Origin: Spongospora subterranea f. sp. subterranea
Lineage: Eukaryota
Direction: 5' to 3'
NCBI GenBank assembly: GCA_049724395.1
Contig: JAUGWO010000124.1
Location: forward strand, 62,001-98,991
DNA length: 36,991 bases
The notes under the pieces were generated by a model. The model did not search any database and had not been told where the DNA came from. It was given only the letters and a program-made list of their open reading frames with translations. The stretch's first letter is position 1; every line of letters begins with the position of its first letter. Position numbers and translations under genes: made by a program. Shown one piece after another: positions 24,621 through 36,244 of this stretch.

Positions 24621-26368
24621 CAGACTAAGCGCAGGTCGCGAAAAAAGTGATTCAGCTGCGGGAAAGCGCCCAGTCTGCTGCTTCCACCACGCGACTGGAC
24701 ATTAACAAGACTTGTCGGCCTTCAAAATCATGAAGCAGAAGTCTTCCACTTCATCCGTGACAACGCCCTGCTATGGATCCGACAGGGAAGCAAACAGATT
24801 GAATGCTGTTGAGTGGATGTCTTCCTGCTGAACAGGCAAATAACCATAATCAGTAGCTGAGATTTCTCGGATTAATCGCTTCGTTTCTTCAGACCCATCA
24901 GAGCTGCTTCGTCTTGGATCCAAGAACAAAGCGATGGTAGCCGTGTTGTTGTTCAGGTTCCCGGAATACTTCTCAAGCTTGTATAGCATCGCCTCTGCCG
25001 CAGCTTTAACTTTGGGGGTTGTGAACCCTGTAGTTGTAGTGCCTGAAACTGTAGACTCACATAGGCTTTTGAGATACGAGTAGATCAATGGCTGGATGGC
25101 AAGCGTGACGAAATTTTGACCACTTGCAGCCTTTGTGCACTGATACGCCGAAGACAGGAAATCTTTGCAGGATTTGAGAATGCGCCAATCCATGTCTGAC
25201 AATTTCAACGGCCCAAGCTTGTCCAGGAACTCCTCTTGATTGCAAATAGCCTCCAAAATGTCTATAGAGTTCCATCTAGTTTCGACATCTAGATTCGGTA
25301 CAACTTGCTTTGTTGCCCGACCAAGCACTACACTGAAATCAGCATATTTTTGACGGATCATCCCTGAACCTCGAACCAGCTTCAGCAGATCTCGGAGCAA
25401 TGAAACCTCACGTTTGATTAGCGCATTCGCATCAACAACAGCTCGGTTTATCACATGGCAAACACAGCGCATATGAAAGTCGATTGTACTGCAGAAATTT
25501 AACGCCAACTCACGCTGGAGATAGGAATGAACAAGTTTGATGGCTGGAACCATCTCGCCACCACTATCCGACGTGATCGCGCGAACTTTTGTATGGATAT
25601 TAAATTCCTTCAAAATCGTGATTATCAAGTCACTTGTGGTATGCTGGTTATGAGGACGAGGAAAATATTTAAATTCCAATACAGCATTTTTCAAGCACCA
25701 TCTTTCGTCTATCCAGTGCATTGTGATAACCAAATACCCCTTCATGACTCTTGAAGACCATCCATCTAACGTGAGTGCTACTTGGCCAGGCATGCGCTCG
25801 ATTTGTATCAAAAAGCTTTGCAGGGCTTCTGCATATTCGTCATGCAAGGACCTCACGAAAGTACGACGGCTAGGCAAGATAAATCTGCGGTTCATTTTGC
25901 TGCAAAAGATTGCAAACGACTTGGGCTCAACCAAACGGAAGGGTTGCTTGTTATCAACAACAAACTCCACCAAAGATTTCAGCAGTTCCGCCTTCTTTTC
26001 ATCATCCATCGCCAGAGGATCCACCACATTACCAGTTACATTCAGAGTACTCTGGTTGGGATCTCCTGTTTTGCCATCTTGCTTGAGTTTGTGGGCGACC
26101 TCAAGATGACGTTTAAGCGAGCTATTTCCGGTTCTGATAGAATAGACCTTTCGCTTTTTGCTGGAACACTGAGAGCAGATGATGCCAGTATCGCGTTTTT
26201 CAAAATAAGTCCAAATCCAAGAAAAGTTTGCAGATAATTTGCGCTTACGACCACAGTTGGTAACCTTACTGTTTGCGATGGAGCAGTAATAGCACCATCA
26301 GCGGGCAAAGTCTCCAAGTCTGAATTGAAAGAACAGCTACTGCGATCGAGGGGATAGGAATCACTCAT
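24620..26368 (-). mobile_element. Degenerate hAT transposase (BED finger, DDE core, truncated dimerisation domain)
   Basis: WIWTYF...CSQC...SSLKRHLEVAH (BED), TLDGWSS, TSDSG, RCVCHVIN, ETRWNS, FLDPR, then WWKQQTGRFP after in-frame stops. There is a frameshift near the start. Confidence 0.9.
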
Positions 26369-26533
26369 TATTGAAGCAAGGCATTGAAAGATGTACAGTA
26401 CCACAAGGCAAAACCGATCAAAAATTGTGTTGATTGCCGATTGGTAATTACGAGGTCGGCAAAATGCCGTACGGAAGTTTGAACGATATTTAGGGGCGGA
26501 CTAGTGGTGGCCTACAGTCAGTCAGAGACTTGC

Positions 26534-26688
26534 GTGACTCACGAGTCGAGTCGGACTCCGAGTGACTCTGAGTCGACTCGACTCCACTCATGACTCCAGT
26601 TAACCGGGACCGTAGGTTATGATGGAGTCGACTCGGAGTGACTCCAGGTTTTGCTGAGTCGACTCGGAGTCACTCCGAGTCGACTCCA
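26534..26688. repeat. Left subterminal array of palindromic GAGTCGACTC/GAGTC motifs
   Basis: Perfect GAGTCGACTC at 26570, 26625, 26656 and 26677, plus many GAGTC/GACTC half-sites. Confidence 0.93.
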
Positions 26689-26834
26689 ACCAGGTATATC
26701 TATTTATAGGGTTGGTATGCCGTCAATACTCAATAGGTTGGTATGCAGTCAAACCCAAGTCCGGAGTCCGCAATCCAGCTCTGCATCCCACGAATCACGA
26801 TTGACGATTGTGAATTTGTAATTGACAGCAACGA

Positions 26835-29129
26835 TGCCAGATCATGATGAAACTTTTTGCGAAGTCATTGAATTCGATGATATCGACTGTACTCGCGAAT
26901 ATGAGTCGGAGAATGGTGACCTTCTTTCAACGGCACCGAGTTCGTCAGGGAATACCCTATCAGATGTCAATGCTCACATTGAGCAAATCGTTCTAAACGG
27001 ACGCAAAATATGGAGTTGTAAGCTCTCAGCTCTGCAACGCCAAGAAGGTAAAGCAGGTATGTTCTTACCCCATGATCCGATTGCCATGATACCGTCTACC
27101 CAACCATTACATTTGTTAGGTTTGGAACACCAAGAATACCTTCACAATTCGTCGGCATTTAAGAATCAAGCACAAAGAAGTTTACCTTCCAGACCCAACC
27201 CAGATGAAGCTGACCGACGGCTTTTTTAAAGTTTCTAGAAACAAACTGATTGCCAGAAAAATGTCAGGTCCGCCGATGGAAAGCCATCGTATTGACAAAG
27301 TGAACGATCATCTTATCAAATGGATCATCAATCATTCGCAGCCTTTCAATGTTGTTCACCAGGCTGACTTTATTGATTTTTGCGATACCCTGGAAAGACG
27401 TTATGTCGTGCCGTCGAGAGATACAGTGCGGACCAGGATTCTGAAGCATTGGGAAGCAACCCGTGTAAAAGTTCGCTCATTTCTTTTAAGGCACATCAGG
27501 AATCGCAAGTGTAGCATCACTACTGATATGTGGACTTCGTCCGCTAAGAGAGGTCTGTACATTTACCTTATTTTTCTTTTGTAGTTACCAAACCTAAGCG
27601 CTTGTAGGGTATATGGTCGTTAGTTTGCATTTCATTGACGACAGTTGGGAACTTGTATCCATCATTGCTGGATTCATACGAGTGCTCTATCCTCACACCT
27701 CTGAGCGTCTGGCAGCTGCCCTGTTTAACTGTCTTATCGACATGCATCCGGATTTGCTTTCATCTGTGTGGACGATAACCGCAGACAATGCATCAACAAA
27801 TCCCGCGTTAACGAAGAATTACAACGATTTGCATAAGGAACATTTGCGATCTATTGCTGAAGATCGCACATCGGTGTCGGTTGACGATGATGCATCTGAG
27901 AATTCGAATACGGTTGCTGTTGACCATGGTGACGACCAACAAGTCGTTCTCATTCGCTGCTTTGCACATGTCTTACAGGTAGCTGTCAAAGATGGGCTTA
28001 AGAATGCTCCTGCTGTCGATGCAGCAATAGGTCGCATCCGTGACGTAACCAAAAAAATATCTGATTCACCAAAGCTAATGGAAACATTCCAGGAGATTCG
28101 CAATGCACTGAATGCACCCTCTAACTTACTTCAATTGGATTGTGAAACAAGATGGAACAGCACTTTTGACATGCTGAAGACAGCATTGCAACTTCGAAAG
28201 CCTGTCGATGAACTATTAAAAAGAATCCGTGAGGGATTTGAGGGTTACACAGCTTTCACCATTGGGCCATCAGATTTCCTGGCTAGGCCCATCGATAACA
28301 TATCGTGGAACGCCATCAAGGACTTTTGCTCATTTCTCGAGCCGTTCAAAGATGCAACAGAGTTGATGTCCGCCTCAACCTATCCAACCCTTGGGCTGGC
28401 TGTCCCAGTCTTCTTTCACATCCAGCAGCACGTCAATCAAACAGTTGCATCACCAAATGGATTCCGTTCACAGCATGCAAAAGCTTTCGCTGTAGCTATT
28501 CAAGCCAAACTCACACAATACCAAGATCTTATGGTCAATGATCATTCGGTGATTTCCGCATTGCTCGATCCCAGGGTAAAAGGCAGTTTAGCCAATTGTG
28601 GTATTGATGTTGACGATGCGAAGGCTCTCGTGGAGTTCATATATACGACAACGTACATGAATAGGTTAGCAGATCTAACGACAACTAATGAGATTGTTTC
28701 AAGTTTTGACGAATAGTGTCCAGGGTCGACAATGAAAACGGACTCGACGGATGCTCTTCTTTAGAAGTGCCTGCAAAGAAGAAGAGCAAGCTCATTGAAG
28801 CTCTATCTCTAACGACGCAGAGTCAGCGCACGTCCGACAACAGTTCAGAGTCGTTTGCACGGGAATTGGAACGCTGGATTGCCCATACGAACATGTCAAT
28901 CGAGCAGTCCAGTCGAGACGTTTTGCTTTGGTTCAAACTCAATGGTTTTATGTATCCAAGAGTGTCATCGATGGCCAAAGATTATTTGGCCATCATGTCC
29001 ACGTCGGTTCCTAGTGAACAGGCTTTTTCAAGAGCGGGCACAACCGTATCGAAGAGGCGCGCACGCCTCGGAGATGACTGCGTTTCGGCAGTCTGCGAGT
29101 TACAGTCGTGGCTGAAAATTAAACTCTAA
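26835..29129 (+). CDS. hAT transposase (BED, DDE, hATC dimerisation domain); 3 introns and one frameshift in the BED exon
   Basis: TTDMWTS, TADNAS, RCFAHVLQ, ETRWNST, LLDPR, WFK...YPRVSSMAKDYLAIMSTSVPSEQAFSRAG...KRRARL. Introns at about 27057-27119, 27553-27607 and 28665-28723 restore the frame. Confidence 0.9.
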
Positions 29130-29173
29130 TTAAAATTTACCATTATGGTTGAACGATAGGCAGACTTTCAAAA

Positions 29174-29367
29174 CGACTTGGAGTTGAGTCGACTCGAATG
29201 ACTCCGAGTCGACTCAAAAATGACTCCGAGTCGACTCAACTCCGAGTCGACTCCAAGTCGACTCAAAATGACTCGGAGTCGACTCGGAGTGACCCCAGGT
29301 TTTGCTGGAGTCGACTCCGAGTCACTCAGCAAAACTTGGAGTCGAGTCGAGTCATTAAGTCGACTCC
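29174..29367. repeat. Right subterminal array of palindromic GAGTCGACTC motifs
   Basis: Perfect copies at 29186, 29206, 29228, 29244, 29276 and 29308; near-copies (AAGTCGACTC) at 29255 and 29357. Confidence 0.93.
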
Positions 29368-29637
29368 GCATCTCTAGTCAGTCTGTACGTGCGAAGGGTC
29401 ATTGGGTGGACTGTGACAGTAGCTACTGTGACTGTGTGAACCCCGCCTCTGGTACTGTACCTGGTAATGACCTAATCTGACCTCGACACAACGTACATTT
29501 AGTGTATGTTAGCTCATACTCTGCATTAACGTTCACTTAAATGTATTTTGTCACACTGTAGCGATTACTTATAACAACTACAGTAGATCTTTATCACTTT
29601 TGCTGTAGGGACCCTCTCCTCAATACCTTGGATTACA

Positions 29638-31804
29638 ATGGAGTCTGCTCCTTTCATAACTTGCGATCATTAGTTCAAAACAGATCTTTGTAAATAATTT
29701 CAAGCGATACATCAAAACACACTCCGCCAGGTTTTCTTACCATTTGGGAAGCTCGAACGGGCGCCTAATTGTTTCTATAGTTTGCTGCAATGCAACTTCT
29801 GCTCTGTCCAACTGCGAGGTCCTGATTCATTGGGTAGCCATATTCACAGAAATCATCTTAAAGCAACAGGTGCGGCTTGTTTAATAATTATCAAATCATT
29901 GAATTCCGATATTCACAAACATTTTCGTGAATCTACAGATTCCGCGAATACGATCCTAAAGTGCACCTGTGAATGTATGATATGCTCAGCTACGTTTACA
30001 AAAAGAATTAAATTGATAACGCATTTACAATCGGTATGTAATGGTTTCTTCAATTTCATCAGTTCGTTTTATTTTCGGATAAGTTTCATGAAAACGTAGT
30101 CCCTATAGTTGAAAACAGTTCTCCTCGGAAGCTGCATTCATTGAATGGGTCGACTCAATACCCACATTCCAATACGTTAACAGAAGAGGAAGTTGAATTT
30201 ACAAGAAAGCGGAACCAAAAAGTTCGCTGTCTAATTGAGGCATTATTTACTATGGATAAGCGAGACTTTCAACGCTATAGACTGTGAGATCGTTTTTGTT
30301 TTTGCTAAGTAAAACCAATGTAATGACCGATTTTCAGAAAAAAAACTTATATTGACCACAATGGCCTGAAGCGATCTGCAAGAGAGCGTATCACAGCGTC
30401 TGTTAAGACTGCAGACAATGTCTGCAGTATTGACGATGTTACTTGGCGAGTGAAATCGGCTTCGGACTGCGGACTCTACGATGTCTTGAATACTTTGTCA
30501 CTAAAACTAACGGCAATTGTCGCCTATAGTTAGACTCTGATGAAGAGGTAATAGATCCTCTCGCTGTTAGCGGTCTCTCCAGTACTGCATCCAATTGTAA
30601 GGAATTTCGGGTCATCCAAGCCTGTCGACATACTTTTTCTTGTGGTTGTCATGATTTCAGAAACGGTCACACGTGCAAACACGTATTCGCTGTAGCTCTT
30701 AAGGCCAATCTGTGGTCATTGTCTACGATATGCACAGCAGACAAGCCTTCTAACACATCCGTTATCCCGCTTTCAGATGACGGTATTCATGTTGATACAA
30801 TGGATGATGAACGTGAAGGATCGGTTCAAAGAATACAATCGTGACGTTGACGAATGTTTACATGTTGTTCAATCGCTTGAGAAAAGCGCTTCTCTTTGTC
30901 CAAGTATTTTGTACACGATCAGATTGTCACGATTTTTACTGTATCTGCTCGTTGTAGGCAAACATCGCCACACTATTGTTAATAGACAGAGCGGGTCATG
31001 ATGTGCTGCAGGAAATCACAAACCTGCACAGATTTATAATCAGCTGTTCGCTGTCACCCATTTCCAGTTCTGAATCATTGCAGGATTTATCTAATGCTAT
31101 GATTCAGATGATAACCTTCCAAAATACGTCACAGCATCAAACGCAACGTTCGACCGGCAAATTCGGTTCGAATCAGTGACGATGAAGAAAAAACAACGGA
31201 GAAAAGCGCAACGAAATTGATTGCGAAATGAATCAGCTGAAGCAGAAGCCAGGCTTTGCGCTGGATATTCTGGAGCCATGGAAGTTGAAGACAATTCCGA
31301 TTGTGCAGAAGACACCGCCGCCCAATGCGTGGATTATCCCGGATCTTCAAACCATTATTCCTGTTTGGCCTCTTTTGCAACAGTTTATTCCAAACAGGAA
31401 GATATTCGTGCGATATCAAGGCCCAGGTCAGCCTTCCAGCGTCATCCAATCATATTGATCCCAGATATGCATCTGCCAAGACCACTGGATCATCGCGGTC
31501 TTCAGATCATGCACCCTGCACCTTGCCTGTGCTTCATGGCAAATCGATTTTGATCGGCGATACCATTGCGGTCAATTTACTCAACCTAGAGCTTGCGTTC
31601 GAAGGAGTAATTTGTGGGTTACCACATGATGAATGGCACAATGTCACTCGCCTTGGCAAAGACGAGATCGTAATCCAAATAAGTCATATTCAAGATTCAG
31701 CCAAGAGTATCCAACTGCCGCAATCGACGCTGCACCGAAATTTCAGGGTTGCCGGCGATCTAAGAGCAGAAACCAAGTACCTTTTTTGCTTTTCGAGACA
31801 TTAG
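29638..31804 (+). pseudogene. C2H2 plus SWIM zinc-finger gene, probably an internally deleted MULE transposase derivative
   Basis: CNFC...HIHRNH and CMIC...HLQSV (C2H2). FSCGCHDFRNGHTCKHVFAV at about 30635-30695 is a SWIM CxC...CxH motif. There are stops in the first exon and I see no DDE core. Confidence 0.6.
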
Positions 31805-31849
31805 CTTCATCAAGATAGAAGCATTTGGGTTCCGGTCACCTATAACTAC

Positions 31850-34140
31850 ATATTTCTGAAGAACTGCGGTTATTCGCCATGGATCAACCAAGTGTAGAAA
31901 TAACCATAGTTTATACAATCATACATGCACTGATGCACAAGGTTTTTCGTTTTTTGTTTACCAAGTGTACTAACATTTTCGTTTTATTACACTTTGGTCT
32001 CGAGGATTACGTTCACCAACCATGGTGAAAAAATGGTCGCTGAGCTAGCAAAGTCGGTACGAATTTGTCTTAGGAATTTGTACGACTCAAATTCGATCAC
32101 AACGCCTTGTGTTCGGGGGAAGACGGTAGTATTTGCAGTATTTCCCCCTAAAACGCAGCAACGTCATTCCGTTTATAAATTCAATTGAGCTTCGGTCGCA
32201 AACCACATGGTCAGAGTCTCTTTTCTGGTTCGAAAATTTAATTGTGGCAAGTTTCTCAAAATTTGTTGTGGGTTCTTTAAGGCCTCGTCGAAATCGAGGC
32301 CTTAAAGTTCCCAGCGTACACTCATCAAAGACCAGACGATGTGCGGCCAGCTTTTCCAGTTTTTGGCCATTCCACAAACAGCTGATTCAGTGCCTCACAT
32401 AATGCAGCGACGAACACCGTTGATTCACACAACAGGCCGGTCACATCTCAACGCTAGCCTGCTATGTGGAAAGCAGCTTCAAAAGCTGTCGACTCTCCCA
32501 TTACGTTTTCTGATTACAATGGGAAAAATATCCATTTTTTCATGAAATCGTTCATGCGGGGCACATCCTATCAACCGCGGCTGTCAGAAATGCATTCTTC
32601 TCATCCAAAAAATTGCCAAACGCGTTGGCCCCATATACTTGATATCGTGAATTATCCACGATCTCAGAATTCTTAGTCCTTTCGAAAGCTCTTTCTTGAC
32701 GCGGTTCTCTGGGCAGCCTCGACTCTCAAGTGGACCATCGTTTTTGGAGAATATATTCGTAGGGCTGTACTCGTTAATCTATGCCGAAAATTAGTTCAAA
32801 GAAACTAATACCCTGCCTGCAGCATACATCAATGTAATCAAAAACGGCATTTGAACATTCCAAAAACCACATACAGCACGTATTGTTCGTTTGAGCCTAG
32901 GATTGATAGGTCACGTGTGGGTCTCGGGAGACGTTTCTACTGCTTTAGGCCGTTTAAGTTTTGGTTTAGATTCTGACTTATTGGTTAACAATTTTTTCGA
33001 CGTGTCGGGTGGGCGTCCGTCGTCTTCATATTGTTGACGTTTACGACGTGTGAAGACTGAGGACCTGGTTACAGTATGGCATTTTTCAATGCTCCGCGTT
33101 CATCGTTCGGCTACACCTGCCAGTTTTTTTCGGTATCTAGACAACAGATGTGGCCTCAGATTGACTTACCGTAGTTTATCGCTCGCCCAACAAGGACGTC
33201 GGCGAAATCCTGCTCCAAAGTCTTAGAAATCAACGTCAGAGATGTTAACCCGGAAAACCATCGAGTTCTTGGTTCAGCAATTTGACAAAAGATTGAATGC
33301 ATAGCTTCGATTGGATTGGTATCGCTGCGTGACTTCTCTGCGAACTCTGCATCCATTAATTTCCTTTTTCAACGGAAAATGAGGCGAGCGACACTCTTTT
33401 TTAGACACCATTAAAACCACATGGCGGGCGTTGGGATTCGTGACCTATAATATATAATATTTTCAAAAAAGGTAGTCCGTTAGGCGCAAATCGCACTTGA
33501 AGGGCATTAATAGCGATGTTGAAAGCTTCCTCCATGGGATCTCGAGCAGCTTGCTTCACAAGGTGTAAAAACTGTCCATTGCCGCCTGATCCGACAATCG
33601 CAGAATTCCGACTGATTCTTTCCGCCGAGTTGATGAAGTGCACCTCACAGCCTTTGATTAGACTATTTGCAGAATATGTCAATATATCAAGACAGCATTG
33701 AATTCTCAAATCCCGATAGTAATCGCTCAACCCCTACAGCACAGTAATTGACTACTGAGAATATGCCTATATGATTGACCTTCACGTATGCTGCTACAAA
33801 TCCCTGGTTTTGGGCTCTGGAATAATCCATCACTGGCCCACAAAGTTGGCGGAACAATGAGAGTTGGTCATTGATCGTAACGTCGCCAGGTTGGCTCCGT
33901 AACCGAGACATGATCATTTCGAGCAAACCACGAAATGAACTCGATGATGCTCCTGGTGAGCCCATCAAGCCAAGAGTACAAAACAGGAACCCAACTTTCA
34001 ATCAACACGCAGTACACGGCTGAAGTCATCAAGTATCCGTTTTTGAAAAACGAATATGTCACGTCAGAAACGCACAATCTACACTGGCGTCCTGTTAGCT
34101 CTTTTTGATCGAAAAGATTAGGGAAGAGACCTCATAATAT
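31850..34140 (-). mobile_element. Degenerate MULE-like DDE transposase with a long C-terminal extension
   Basis: SDVTYSFF...WVPVLYSW, VMDYSRAQNQGF, GCEVHF, TNPIEAMH (D-D-CxxH-E order) and DGRPPDT. Multiple frameshifts and stops. Boundaries approximate. Confidence 0.65.
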
Positions 34141-34319
34141 CGGGGATCGACACTTGCAATATCTCCTCATTATTGACAACTGCACTTTTGTTCCACCATC
34201 ACTGAGAAGCAGAGGAGTTGGACTGGAAATTCGACAAACCCCACTGAAACCTGTCTAAACGCCAATGGTTTATCAATTTAATGCTGTAAAAGCTCAACGA
34301 TCTTTGAGTTTGTCGAATT

Positions 34320-35096
34320 CTACTGTCCTTGGCCTCCATGAATCCTTCGAGTACTTGCTCGTGACATTGTTTGAAGCCCCTCTGTTGGTCGCCCTAGTGG
34401 ACTCGTGACCGTTAGACTTCTTGTCCTGTTTCTCCTGATCCCCTTTATGTCGCGTTCGCCACCGTGTGGACGCGATGCCCGATCAACCTCGTCCTGGTTT
34501 GTAATGATTCTTAGAAGTACATCGAACAACTCTCTGCAGTCTTTGCGAGCTCCTCGATGGTTGAACTTCAGCGCGTTCGTCGCCATCCTTCGCACCGCCT
34601 CAGGTCGCAGAGCTTCGATAATTAGCTTAGCTTTCATTTTCATCCCGGCTTCATCCTTGAACATTTCGGCTGAAGCCTCCTTCTCGACGATCTCATTGAA
34701 ATCCATAAACAACTTCATCAGTCTTGCATCGGCATCAGATATGGATATATCGTACTTCAGCTGCTCCCTAACGATCTGCTCAATGTCATAAACAGCATCT
34801 TTAGGCTTCAGAAGCTTCTTCAGATAGAGCTCAAGGTGATCGTCAGTCACTTGGTCTTCTGGTACATCTCGAATACGTAATTCGCAGACGAATTGTAATA
34901 GCTTCGGTTCAATCGACAGTAGCAAACTCGTCGCATTGATTCTTTCGTTGTGCGTCGTTCGTCCTTCTTGGGTTTTCCTGATATATTGTTTCCTTTGGTG
35001 GAAAAATTCAGCCACATCTTTCGGCACCAGTGACGTCAAGTTTGGCGCCTCGATCGGTTCGAACATGGGATTCTTCACACAACCTCTTCGTGCCAT
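34320..35096 (-). mobile_element. LTR-retrotransposon (Gypsy-type) gag-like ORF, 3'-truncated
   Basis: Intronless 258-aa helical ORF (EPIEAPNLTSL...RKQY...LLLSIEPKLL...LKYD...ARLMKLFMDF...IIEALRPEAVR) resembling gag proteins of protist/oomycete Gypsy elements. No protease or RT follows. Confidence 0.6.
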
Positions 35097-35206
35097 CCTT
35101 AAGCCTCAGTATGAGCTTAGAACGTTCTGTAGCGACTTCGGCTCAATCGCTCGACAACTACACTCGAGTTAACCTTCCGGTAGCAGCTCAAATGCAAAGT
35201 GCTTTA

Positions 35207-35306
35207 TTCAATTCTACGATCGCCCTTACATCGAGGTGTTCAATTCTCCGATCGCCCTTACATCGAGGTGTTCAATTCTCCGATCGCCATTACATCGAGA
35301 TGTTCA
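35207..35306. repeat. 3 x 32-bp tandem repeat
   Basis: Unit ttcaattctccgatcgcccttacatcgaggtg at 35207, 35239 and 35271. Confidence 0.95.
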
Positions 35307-35933
35307 CGAATCTCCGCAAAATCCTCACACGGACGGATTACACATTGGACGATTCCAGTTTCTTAGACAAATGGTCGAATGGCAAGTTCAGTGCCAAAGA
35401 ACGACGAATTCTGATGACAAGATGGGCTGGTGACGCCTATGAGAAACTTATATCCAGTCGCCGCAATGAGAGATACTTTCGTGAAGACTGGATGTTTGTT
35501 GACAATCGATGGCCATCAAAACGCGATCAATGTGGAAGGACTGCCAAATTACTCGCTTCCCGACGTCAATGCCACCTGCCTCGTCATCAACCTCGACAGC
35601 AGCGATGAGGGCAGTGTTGGAGACAGCGGCCTCAGCGATTTTGAAGGGTCTAGCGATGATGGAGATCTATGGGACAAGGACGACAGCAAAATAGGCGACC
35701 ATGAAGAAGTCTTCATCGTCTTTGATGAAGGTTTGATAGTCTCTGGAACAGTCCACTTGCAGCGGAGGATTCTTCATGGCATTGGAGTCGCGGAATCGGA
35801 TGTCGTTGTACTGATCAGCGAAATGTATTGTGAGGGCAGGTTGGGCACCGATCCTGTCGGGGAACCGATCACAAAAGAGAGTTATCTGAGTGTAAACCGG
35901 TCTTGCACACACAACAAGACATTTGATCAATAA
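35295..35933 (+). mobile_element. 3' remnant of a pogo/DDE_1-type transposase
   Basis: KFSAKERRILMTRWAGDAYEKL followed, after a frameshift, by RDTFVKTGCLLTIDG...INVEGLPNY and an acidic tract. This resembles the C-terminal region of pogo-like transposases. Confidence 0.55.
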
Positions 35934-36244
35934 TAAATCTACTAATCACCATTCTCTTTAATAACTCGTTAGACCCAAAAGCCAAAATTTGTATAGGACC
36001 CCAAAACCCAAACTTAGAATCACAATTACTTTACACACGAGAGGCGATTTCCTGCCGGGAGTGCAGTCCGTTCGCGGCCTTTTCAATGGTCATTGACTCC
36101 CGTCGTGACCCGTCATGAAATACTGCGATGGCGCGACACTACAGCAGTCGACTCCAAGTGTCGCGGCGATTCATATTCGGACTGCGTGTGGTCACCCCTC
36201 ATAGTCCCCTCATCATTTCATAATCCTTGTCGATGTGGAGATTC

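Larger units (their letters stand above)
26524..29375 (+). mobile_element. Full-length hAT DNA transposon with an 8-bp target-site duplication
   Basis: AGTCAGTC at 26516-26523 and 29376-29383. Short imperfect termini (agagacttgcg / cgcatctct), subterminal GAGTCGACTC arrays and an internal transposase. Confidence 0.88.

Noticed and set aside
28714..28716. Apparent stop/frameshift splitting the hAT transposase
   Set aside because: It falls inside a 59-bp GT-AG intron (28665-28723) whose removal restores the frame.
29168..29480. Ser/Arg-rich ORFs (SRL repeats)
   Set aside because: These are translations of the GAGTCGACTC subterminal array.
36132..36165. 9-bp stem hairpin cgcgacact...agtgtcgcg upstream of the ankyrin gene
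   Set aside because: A single short stem can arise by chance and has no other support.
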